Assembly: GCA_965112735.1 (NCBI GenBank) | Contig: OZ218955.1 | Coordinates: forward strand, 3,720,001 to 3,784,000 | Origin: Phaeosaccion multiseriatum | Taxonomy: Eukaryota; Protista; Ochrophyta, other classes | Length of the DNA stretch: 64,000 nucleotides | Reading direction: 5' to 3' | Shown here: positions 37,201 to 48,600 of the stretch, in pieces | How the letters are laid out: each line of letters begins with the position of its first letter | Numbering within the stretch: the stretch's first letter is position 1 | Notes under the pieces: generated by a model | What the model saw: only the letters and a program-made list of their open reading frames with translations | What the model was told of the DNA's origin: nothing | Databases searched by the model: none | Made by a program: the position numbers and the translations under genes

Positions 37201-40200
37201 GCAGGGCAAGAGGCAAGAGGCAGAGATAAGAAGAGGGGGGTTAGGTGGAGGTAAGGCGACAGGGGAGGGTGGGAGCGGAGTAGAGAGAGACAGAGCGAGA
37301 GGGAGATAGAGAGCGAGAGGGAGAGAGAGAGCGTAGAGAGAGAAGAGAGAGAGAGGAGAGAGAGAGGAGGGAGAGCGAGAGAGAGAGAGCGAGAGACAGG
37401 GCTGTCTGCAGCTTTTCCTGACACCAGGCACCACCAGCTTAAACTCATGTTTTTACGGTCACGCCATCTCGCCTCCATGGCGATCCTCCCTCCCCTCCCT
37501 CCCCTCCCCTCCCTCCCCTCCCTCCCCTCCCTCCCCTCCCTCCCCTCCCTCCCTCCCCTCCCTCCCCTCCCTCCCTCCGTCCCTCCCTCATCCACCCACC
37601 CCACTTCCTCCCCTTCCCTCCCTTACACCCTCCCTTTGTATCACCAACTCCCTCACCTGAGGAAGCCCATAAAGGCGAAGGCAATGCACGAGATGGTCAT
37701 GGCGAAGACTTGCGTGCCCGTGCCCGCCATGACCGCCAGCAGCATGGGGGAGAAGGCCGGTGGGCGGAACACGTCACCATGGACAAGCTTCCAACCGCTC
37801 TCCTCTTGGCAGTCCTCCACTGTCTGCAACTGTTGCGAGGAAGGGGAGAGGCACGTGGGGGGGGAGGGGGGGAGGAAGGGAGGGTGTCTCAGTTTCGCGG
37901 TTTCGGTTTCTCGCATTGACTCCTCCTCCTCCTCCTCCTCCTCCTCCTCCTCCTCTCCTTTGCTCACCTCATTATAGGCCGTGATGTCCTTCCTGAGCGT
38001 CCTGAGCATGATCATGGCCACCACCCCAGTGAGGAAGAGCGTAATCATGAGGCTGTTCACGATGCTGATGTAGTGGATCTCGTCCTCGGGATTTCCCTTG
38101 AGGTACACATCCCATCTGAGAGGAGGGGGAGGAGGACGAGGAGGAGGAGGGGGCGGGGGGATGAGGAGGAGACGAGGAGGAGGAAGGATGGTGTCTCTCG
38201 CTGCACCCTCTCTACTCTTTCTGTCTGTCTCTTCCATCTCTCTTGTCTCTCCCCCTTCTCTATACTCGCAAAAACAACACAATGCAGCCCTCACACACAC
38301 ACACAGAGAGAGAGAGAGAAAGACCCATCTAAACCACTCACCGATTGTACAAGGTCATGTCACACACACACACACATATATATATAGACAGATCCATCTA
38401 AATCACTCACCGGTTGGACCATGTGATGTCGCTCTGCAGCCACATGACGTCGTAAGTGAAGATCACCTCCCCCCCCTTGTCGGCTGACAGCAAGGTCATG
38501 GGGTGGTTCTTTGCGTGCTTGAAGGGTGTGCACGTGCGCAGCGTCTGTGAACCGGCCCAACCCGAGGGGGTCACAAAGCAAACCCGAGGGGGGCAGGCCA
38601 ACAAACCCGGGGGGTCCAAATGCAATCGCGAGGAGGGGCAGGCATATGGGAAGGGGGGGTCAGCGGGGAACATGACATCATGAGAGGAGACGAGATCAAG
38701 TGGGGACAGAAACAGAGAGACGGAGATAGACGGAGAGGGAGAGACAGAGAGAGGGAGAGGCAGAGAGAGAGAAGAGAAGAGAGAGAGACAAGACAGACAG
38801 ACAGAGAGTGATGTTTCGTACCGTGTCTTCGTTGATTTCAGCGCCAGCGGCCCCCTCGACCTCGTGATGGATGGAGAAGGGAAGCACCTCGAAGCCCACC
38901 ACACGGGAGCCCTGTTGTGGCATATGGGTATATATATATATATATATAAAAGGAGAGGGGTATGAGTTGCACTGTCAGTGTAATATACCCATACCCGGCA
39001 CCCGGCGCCCGCACCCACACACACATCCACACCCACACACACATCCACACCCCCACCCACCTGCCCACCTACGCACCCACACCCACACAAAACCACACCC
39101 CACACCCACCCATAACCACCCACCCATCCACTGACGTACTACACCCGCCCATTGACTTAGTAAACCCACCTGGTAGTGTTTGTCGTCCTCGTGGTAGAGC
39201 ACCTTGAGCTGAATGTGGTTGTAGAGATAGTGCTTACGCGTGCCCCCCCCTTCCGGGTCGGCATAGAAGCCCACAGGGAAGCCTGTAGAGGTCGATACAA
39301 GAGGTCGATATATAGAGGTCGACATAGAGGTCGATATAGAGGTCGACATAGAGGTCGATATAGAGGTCGATATAGAGGTCGATATTGAGGTCGATATAGA
39401 GGTCCATATAGAGGTCGATAAAAGAGGTCGTTGTAGAGGTCCATACAGAGTGCATACCTCTCATGGTGTAGTCAAAGCGTTCGTTGCGCATGGCGACTTG
39501 CAGATTGTCAAGCATCATGTGTCTGTGAGTGTGTGTCAAAGTGTTGGCGTGTTGGTGGTACAGGGTGGAGTAAGGGCGGGTGGGAGAGGAGCGAAGAGGA
39601 GAGACGAGGGGGAGGGGAGCGAAGGTGAGCGGCGACATGGAAAACGAAGTAGAGAAGAGACAAGGTCTAACAGAGAAAATGAAGCTATGCAGTCAAGGCA
39701 AGTCAAAGTCAGTCACTCACAAGCCACGAACTCAAACTCATAGTACACACTCTACCTACACCACACTCACACTCGGTACTCGTCGTCGATAAGCTTCCTG
39801 ATGTGCTTCATCTCCCCATCCGTTATGTCCTTCTTGCAAAGAATACGACATACCGCGTCCTCCTTCATTCGGAGGTCGTAGGGAGAGGAAGTGATCTTGT
39901 CTCCCATAAGGTTTTCGCCAAGGTTCTCGCCCTTGCGCCTGAGGTTGTCGGGCCGGCAGTAGGGCACAGAGTAGTAGTCGTAGGGGATCTGCGTCTTGGT
40001 CGATGTCAGAGACACCACCTTGAGTCCCACCTGGTTGGGTGGTTGATGGATAGGTGGGTTGTGAGCATTTTGGTTGTTCGATCGATCAATTGGTGGATTG
40101 ATGGGAGAGCAAAGGAGGACCACAACGGGCGGTTGTCAGTGGTCAGGTCACAGTTGGCGTGGACGCAGAGAGAGGAAAGAAGTGTCACAGGGGTGAGGTC

Positions 40201-40817
40201 AGTTAGGGGGTGGCGTGAAGAACCACATGCTCTGGAGAGAGGGGTCTACCCGGGAGTACTCGCGCACGCACACACCCGCTCTCACCCTCTTCGGGCCCCT
40301 GCTCCATGGACTTCTCCTTCCACTTCTCCTCCTCTAGACCGCGAAACTGCCACTGAAATTGGGCCTGAAAGTCTGCCGCCTTGCTCCTCCTCGGCATACC
40401 GCCATCCACCACCCCGCCTTGACGGTTACGCAGGGTCGGGCCAGAAGCTCCTGACCACCATCCACACCCGGACTCTCTTGCTCCACCTCCTCTCTCCTCT
40501 CTTTACTCCCACTGCCCACGCAACCCATCTCTTTCGCGGCCTTCTCTCATGAAACGTAAAGACTTCCAATGCGCGACATTCATCCCCCTCTCCTTCACCC
40601 CCTTCTCCTTCATCCCCCTCTCCTCCATCCCCCTCTCCTTCATCACCCTCTACTCCATCCCCCTCTCCTCCATCGCTTCTCCCCCATCCCCCTCTCCTCT
40701 CCTCACCTTATCCTTGTGATTGTACGATTTTGGCGCTACTCCTGGCAGGTAGAAGCCCTCTCCTATTGCTATCGTGCTGAGCAGGACCAGGCCTGCCAGC
40801 AGTAATTGCCTACCCAT
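34256..40817 (-). CDS. TM9SF: Transmembrane 9 superfamily (nonaspanin/EMP70, TM9SF2/4-type) protein, about 15 exons
   Basis: Signal peptide followed by '[11 protein letters not shown]', '[30 protein letters not shown]', 'GFPVGF..YLYNH', '[39 protein letters not shown]', '[16 protein letters not shown]', '[11 protein letters not shown]', '[16 protein letters not shown]', '[10 protein letters not shown]', '[12 protein letters not shown]'. Confidence 0.95.
36281..36650 (-). mobile_element. Dispersed intronic repeat, copy 2, with about 11 units of the 20-bp minisatellite
   Basis: (TGGACATGAGGACAGGCATA)n at 36301-36525, with flanks matching 15248-15423. Confidence 0.82.
39285..39445. repeat. Intronic 12-bp minisatellite (TAGAGGTCGAYA)n filling most of a TM9SF intron
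   Basis: About 13 units; a related dimer occurs at ~52211-52227. Confidence 0.9.
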
Positions 40818-40825
40818 TCTGCCAC

Positions 40826-40865
<40 letters not shown>

Positions 40866-42689
40866 ACCTCCCCTCCCGCTGCCCGTTCTACCCCTGCTCC
40901 TCTGTACCACCTGTTCTCCACATCTGCTACCGCTACTGCTGTTTCTGCAGAGGTGTCGCCCTTCCGCAGCATCAGCGGTCAAGGCTGGACACGGAGCCGT
41001 TCGACCTGAGTCTGGACGGGACGGGTGGGTGAAGGACGCAGGGTGGTTGCAAGGCCAAGAGCAGCAGCAATGGAGGGGGAAACAGTGAGCACTGTGTGTT
41101 GCGGAGCTCCTGGGATCTTGCTTGCACCGATCAGCTGGTATTTCCTTCTGAAGGACAAGAGTAAGGCAGAGCTTGCACGAAGGAGAAGAGCAAGGGGAGC
41201 AACAAGTGCCCCCTGCGCCACCCGCGCTGCAAATGAAATCCTAGAGGGCTGCTTGACTGGGCACCTCCCGATGTCCCTCGCACTTCCAGAGCACCCCTCA
41301 GGTTTGAGCCTTCTCTGGGTTCTTCCGCCACTCTGGCGCATCTTCCTCTCAAGCATAGAGACACAGGGCGAGCCGACGGTCGCAGAGACGCCATTGTGGT
41401 CCTCTATTCCCCTACCTCCTCTCTCTGCCTGTTCCTCCCGCCCCCCCCCCACTTTGTTCTTCTTTCTCTCGTCTCCACCTCGACCCACCTGCCCTCATGC
41501 TCTCGGCGCCACCAGCCCCTGCCTAGCCAGCTTCTACCTGCCCAGGGCTACTGCTGTTTCTCGTTTTGGTTCTCAACACCCGTATCCGGATTACACACCC
41601 GCCTCCCTGCCTCAGCATGAGGGTTTCCGCGTTTCCACACGAAGCTCCAAATCTCCAAAGAAAAGAGGAGCGGGAAGAAGAAGAAGAAGTATGACAGCAT
41701 TGTAGAGGTGGCGTCACCCAACATAGAGTCTCTTCCCCCTCCAGGGGTCGGGATCGGAAAAGCAGCAATCTTAGAGGGGCATCTACTCTATAGCGCCTCC
41801 CAGGTGAGACAGGAGAGGGCAAAGAAGGAGAGGGCGAGGGGCTGTGACGGAAGACGCAAGGCCCGTGGAGACGTGTGGATCGTTGGCTGACTGCTGTGTT
41901 CCTGCATGGCTGAATCCCATCTCTGCGCCTCTTCTCTGCCCTTTGCGTCTGTGGGAATCTTTAAAGTAGCTTTGGACATCTCTCTCTGCCCTCCTGAGCA
42001 GGCCTTGCACGGAGCCTCTTGCCCTTTGCATACGACCTGTCTCTTTCCTGCCTGCTGTGGCTCCCCCCTCCCCCCTAACCTCTACACCCTCTTCTGTTCC
42101 TTTGTCTTGAACAAGCCGGCTCCAACTCCCTTGCGGCTCGAAAATGTTTCTCACCCGGCTTTGCCTCTGACCCAACCCCCCCTCTTGGTCTGCGAACCGG
42201 CTTCCTTCCCTTCCGTCCCCCTCCATCCTCTCTATTCTTATTCCCCGAAGAGCCTTTGCTTTTTCACCTTCCGCATTTCCGAGCTCATCCGCTCCTTCCC
42301 TTCCCTTTTCCTTTTCCTTCTCAGGAAGCCCGCTCCAGCACCGGCGGCAGCAGCAGAGGAGGGGCGAGGGCGGGAGCTTACACATAGACAGCAAACACAC
42401 GTGGCAGACGTGGCGAATCCCCAGTTGGGCCCCAGTTGGGGCGAGGCAGTGGCTGGATAGGGCCCGACGGAAAGGGATTGGTCTCCTCCCAGAGCGGAGG
42501 GGAAGGGGCGCATCTGCTCACTTCAGAGAGAAGGGGGGTTCTCTCTGCCCTCTTTGCGGCAGTCGCACAAGACAGCGCGCATTGAGAGAGTGGGTGCCTG
42601 TGCAGCGAGTGCCCCACTGGCATTAAGCACCACCTCTACCACCACAGCAGAAGAGGGGGGGGGGCGGGCACGCAGAAGCAGACCCTGTC

Positions 42690-45600
42690 ATGGGCAATTG
42701 CTGCAGCACCGCGGGCCAGGGCCCTACTGCCCATAACCCGTCCTCCTACCCGGAGCCGCTGCCCCCTCTGGCGCAGGGTAACTTGAACTTCCTGCTGAAC
42801 AGATGGAGGTACGGGGAGGTATGCCTGCTGCAGAAGCTCTATCGCTCGGCCCGACAGAGGGCTCTGGCGGCCAAGGCGGCGGCGGTGAGTGCGTGCGTGC
42901 GTGCCTGCGTGCGTGTGTTTGTGTGTGTGTGTGTGTGTTTGTGTGCATGCGTAAATGTGTGCGAGCGAGCGTGCGTGCGTGCGTGCGTATGTGTGTGCGT
43001 GAGTGCGTGCGTGCATGAGGGGGTGCGTGAGTGCCCCACAGGGGGTGTGGGGAGAGAGAGTTTTCTGTCTGACTGACTGACTGACTGACTGACTCACTGT
43101 CTATCGCTCGAGCCATGGAGACATTCCCTTCGAGGAGCAGATGGAGGCATATGGTTGGAGTGAGATACCTGTCTATCTGTGTGTTGTGCAAGTGGAGTGT
43201 CATTCGGAGTGTAATAGTATTCGTGAAGTGTTGTACCGGGCTCACCCCCCCACCCTCTCTTCCTCCTCCTCTCTCTCTCTGCCTCCTTCCATCTCCTGCC
43301 GTGCCTTCCCTTTGCTGTGGTCCTTCCCACCCCCCCTCCCTCTCTCTCCCTACCTCCCTCCATCCCCCCCTCCCTCCCTCCCTCCTCCCACCCACTCACC
43401 CTCCATCCCTCCCTACCTCCCTCCATCCATCCCTCCCTCCCTCCCTCCTTCCCTCCCTCCACCCCTCCTTCCCTCCTTCCCTCCCTCCGACAGAGCCCTC
43501 CCCGGATGCACACACGCCTCAAGGAGAGCATCCTCAGCGGGACGAGCAGAGGCAAGCAGCAGCAGCAACAGCAGCAGTTGGCGATACAACAGCAGCAGCA
43601 GATCACAGCAACGGCCGCCGAGGATGGCTTGGAGGAGATGGACGCCTCGGGACTCACAGAGAGCAAGGGTGAGTCTCTACTTAAGATTACGTACCCCCCC
43701 CTAACTACTGGGCGTGACACATGCCACCAGTCTGGAGGCCTCGGAAGGCCTTTGTTGTATGGTTCTCGCTTCCCCTGTGGCACCGCCCCCCTGCTCTTTT
43801 TGAGCCGTCGCTCCCTCCCCTGCTTTCATAGTACCGCATGCTTGCAATGAAAGAACTGACCCTGAACCTTCACCCGTCACATTCCCTGACATACGCATGA
43901 CCTCGGGCATCACCTCTCGCTCACAGGCGATGACACGTCAGCACTTCCTCTCAAGTCGTTCCCCTCAGCGAGCGACGCCGGTGCCCCTGGCGCAAGCAAC
44001 AACGGCAAAATCACAGATGGCGAGGCCTCTTCGGTGCGTGGCCTAAACATGGAGGCCTTCGTGCTCATCTTCCCTGACTTAATGAAAGCTCTCCCCAAAG
44101 AGACGCTCTCCAATGTGTTTTCCATCTTCAACAGCAATAGCAAGAGTGGGTCCAGTAGTGGATCCTCGGGAGAGGGACTGCTGGGGGGACTCGCGGCAGG
44201 GATAAGCCTCAGCTTGGGGGGGGGCGGTGATAAGGGAGGAGGAGGAGGGGGAGGAGGAGGAGGAGGAGGGGGGGGGGGGAGGAGGTGGAGAAGGAGGAGA
44301 GGGAGGTGAAGCCAACGGAACCGAAGGAGGAGGAGGAGGAGGAGGAGGAGGAGGAGGTCTCCGGGGCTCCTTCTCCTCCTCCTCCTCCCTAGACGCCAAA
44401 GGAGCGGTGGTGGACTTCAAAGACCTTTGTAGAGCGCTGGCCCTGAGCTGTCGAGGCACGCACCTAGAGCGCCTGCGCTTCCTCTTTGACATCTTCTCAG
44501 ACTCCACGAGCCCCAAGCACTACGGAAAGGGTTCTCTTGGTCCCTGCGACGTGCCCCCTGGGGAGGTGGCACAGCTCAGTCCGGAGGGGCTCCGTTCGCT
44601 GTGCGCGTATTGTGGAGTGGACGTCTCGGCCGCCACGGCTTTCGCTGCAGATTTGGTGATGCAGGAGCAACAAAGGGAGCAGTTGGTGATACAGCAGCAG
44701 CAGCAGCAGCAGCAGCAGCAAGAGGGCGGCGTGTTGCTTGGGACCTCGGGAGGGGGCGGGGAGGGAGCAACCAACAAGGCCAACGGCAAGGGCAAGCCCA
44801 GGACCAGCAACGGAGGGGAGGAGGAGGGCATGCAGCTCGGAGTCTTTATGGAGTGGGCCACCTCCTCTTCGTCTTCATCTTCCCCTGGGGGGGGCGCGTC
44901 TTCTTCCCCAGGGGGGGACACGTCTTCGTCCCCCGGGGGGATACCGCTGGAGGCCCTGGACCGGGCGCTGCACCCCTTCTACCTACTGCCCTCGCCACAG
45001 CAGGAGAAGCGGGCCTTGATAGACGTGCGTGCGTGCGTGCGTGGGTTGCGGAGTGTGGGTGTGTGGGTGCAGTGTGGGGGGTCTGGGTTCTGGCAGGTCC
45101 TAGGCAGACACACTCTCATTTCCATCTGAAACGGCTGAAACTGACAGTTCTTTCCATTTCTCTTCCCTCTCCTCACTAGGTACTGGCGGGGCGTGAGGGC
45201 GTGCGCAGCCTGGAGGTGGGCGAGACGGTATACATGCTAGCCACCAAGTGGTGGACACAGTGGCTCATGTATGTGCGTCTGTCGCCAGAGGAGGAGGACG
45301 TCATCGTCAAAGCCTTGGGGCCAGACACGTCCACACTAGGGAAGGCAGCTCATGGGCAGGCCCTGGGAGGGAGGTGGGATGAGAGTGAGGCAGGAGGAGG
45401 GCCAGGGTCGGGCCTAGGGGAGGGGATGGGCAGCAGCAGTCATATAGGCATGGGCAACAGCCTCACCAGTCCTGGCGCCAGCTGCAATTTTCGAGCCGAG
45501 GTAATTCGGCCGCACGAGATTGACAACAGCCCTCTGCAGGGCCCCGCGGAGGCCGAGTGGGAGGTGAAGCGCGGTGTGAGGGAGGGGAAGGAGTACGTGC

Positions 45601-48600
45601 TCCTGCCCGGGCCGGCTTGGGAGAGACTGCTCGAGTGGTACGGGGGAGGGCCCGTGTTTGGGCGAAAAGTGGTGTTGCATCCAGCCGCCGCAGGAGCAGG
45701 AGGAGGAGGAGGAGGAGAAGGGGGGGGGATGGCAGTGGATGGAGGAGGAGAAGCCTCATTGCAGCAGGAGCCGATGGTGGACATTTACCCCCTGGGCGTG
45801 CATGTGTTTACGTGCAGCTACCTCGGCCGGCCGGGCATCAAGGAGCGTCTTGCCTACACGAGCTTCCACCACACGATGGACGAAGTGGTGGAGGACATTT
45901 GCGAAGGGCTTAAAATCGACGAGGACATTTCTGCTTCTTCGGCCACCACAGGTGGAGAGCAGCAGTCGGGGGGAGCACTCACACGAGGTGGTGGTGGTGT
46001 GGGTGGGACATCGGACAAGAAGAAGCAGGGGAAGGGGAAGGGGTGCGAGAGAGGGCGACTGTGGGTGCTGGAGATTAGCAGTAACGGACTCATTAGCTCC
46101 GACGAGATAGAGATGGCATTGGATGGGGGAGGAGGAGAGGGGAGAATACACAGGCCCACGTTCCGCTTCCCCCACAGCGAGGCGAGGGAAGCGGCTGAGC
46201 AGCAGCAGCGGTTGCTGGTACAGCAGCACAACAGCAAGCAGCAGGCGACGTCCTCTACAGCCCCAGTAGTTGGTGATACAGCAGCAGCAGTTGGTGGTAC
46301 GGTTGCGGTAGCGACGACCTCTGACGGCACCTCGAGCACGGCATCGGTCAGCCCCAGCCCTTCGCAAGGAGTTACAGCAGTTGGTGGTACAGGAGCGGCC
46401 GCCATGGCGCCATCTACTGCTACTGCGGGGGGCGTGTACCGCTGGAGAGTCCTGGAGCCGCGCTTCGGACACCTGACAGTGGGGGAAGTGGGCATACGCG
46501 GAGGGGAGCAGTTCATGATGGAGGTGAGTAACGAGGTCACCTACGCATACACGCTTCTATATGGGAATCATACTGAGAATTACGTAGTGTATGTTATTTT
46601 TTTGTGTGGGTGCGTGTGTGTATGGAGATGAGTGAGGAGTGCTTGTTGCTTGGTGGCACAGCGCCTCAGGAGTTGGGGTGGGGTTGTTGACTGGCTGGTT
46701 GACTGGCTGGCTGACTGGCTGGCTGATAAAGATGGAGGACGTTCTCGTAAAGCAGCTGCTACTCTTCTCTCCATCTGTCCCACACACGCACCCACCCATC
46801 CACGAGGAAGGAGGTTTTCGAAATGAATAGAATGAGTGAAGCAAACTTGCGCAGGCAGGGGAGACAGATGCAGTAAAGTGTGTAACTGCTGGGATGGTCT
46901 GTTGCTAATACCCAACCTGACGCCTACGCTCGTCCCCTCTCTCCCTCCCTCCCTCCCTCCCTCCCTCTCCCCCTTCCCTTCCTTCTCCCCTTCTCCTTCC
47001 CTCCCTTCCCTTCCTTCCACCCTCCCTCCCTCCCCTGACCAACGACAGGTACCCAACTCCGACGGCAGCTGGCCTCGGGCACTCCACATCGAGGAGCCCG
47101 ACTTTCGGCGCTTCAGGGAGGGAGACAGGGTCGATGCCATGGACTTCCAGGGGAAGTGGTACAGCGCCACGGTGGTGGCCACAGAAGGCGAAGGAGGTAC
47201 GGGAGGTACAGCAGTTGATTGTACAGCAGCAAGCAGAGAGAGAGAGAGAGGCGGTTGAGAAGGGTGTCGACCGATCGATTGATCGGAGGAAGGAACGAAG
47301 CATGGAGGCGTACGGACATGTGGGGAGGGGGGTAGGCATATGGGTAGAGATACACGGGTAGAGGCCAACCTTCCTTTCCCTTTTCCATTGTGGTACTCTT
47401 CTACAGAGCACAGCAAATGATTCGCCCTCTCGCTCTCTCTCTCTCTCTTGGTTTCTTCACGTTCGCCCCTTTGTCCAGGGGCGCGCACGGGGGCAAGGCC
47501 CGGAGGACCTGTAGGGCAGAGTGGCAAGCTTAGGAGGCTCTCCAGGGGGGCGTCGGAGAGCAGTGATGTAGGAGGTACGCCCCATCGCCAGCAGCAGGGG
47601 GCGCAGCAGCACAGACAGGGGGGAGGGGGCGGCAGCGTGAGGGTACATTTTGACCGCTTCGCCGCTCAGTGGGACGAATGGCACGACGTGTTTTCTTGCC
47701 GCCTCGCCCCTGCGGGCAGTCAAGTGATTTCTCCGGCGAGAGCCGAGGCCGCCGCGGCGGCTGCTGCTGCGAGGCTTCGAGCACAAGAGGAAGAGCAGGA
47801 ACAGGAACAGGCCTCGGAGGCGGCAGCTGCTACTGCTGCCCAAGGGGGGGAGGATGGGGACGACGAGGCAGGCGGGGGGGGCGGGGAGAGTGCGAGTGCG
47901 AGTGGAGCTGCTGCTGGAGAAGGGGAGGAGGGAGAGGGCGGTACGGTGGCCTCTGCAGGGGCGGGGGGGGCAGCGGGGCAGAAGGGCAAGTATCGGTTGA
48001 ACAGCAGCGGCAGGGGGCCGGGCAACGGGAAGCAGGTGCGTTGCGGCAGAGGTGGAGAGGAGAGAGAGAGAGAGAGAGAGAGAGAAACAGCGAGGGAGAG
48101 AGAGAGAAGGAGAAAGGGAAGGAGAGAGAGGCAGAGGGAGAGAGAGAGAGAAGGAGAGAGGGAGAGAGAGAAACAGAGAGGGAGAGAGAGAGAAACAGAG
48201 AGGGAGAGAGAGAGAAACAGCGAGGGAGAGAGAGAGAAACAGAGAGGGAGAGAGAGAGAAACAGAGAGGGAGAGAGAGAAACAGAGAGGGAGAGAGAGAG
48301 GAGAGAGGGAAGGAGAGAGAAGCAGAAAGGGAAGGAGAGAGAAGCACAGGGAGAGAGAGAGAAGGAGAGAGGGAGAGATAGAAGGGGGGAGGGAGAAAGA
48401 GAGGGGGCAGGGCGTTGCAAGAGGGGTGGTATCACGGCCAACCATTGATTGATCCACACTGAGTGATGGCAGCTGATGGCAAGCGCTTGATGCTTTCCAT
48501 TCACTAAAGCTGTGCCCTGACTCCCTGACTCCCTCACTCCCTCCGTCTGCCCCCCCTCCTCCTGCTCCTGCTCCTCCTCCTCCTCCTCCTCCTCCTCCTC

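Noticed and set aside
41000-42650. ORFs of 170-226 aa between TM9SF and the USP gene
   Set aside because: No recognisable domain, mostly non-ATG starts and no convincing splice pattern; treated as divergent intergenic/UTR sequence, although a small gene cannot be excluded.
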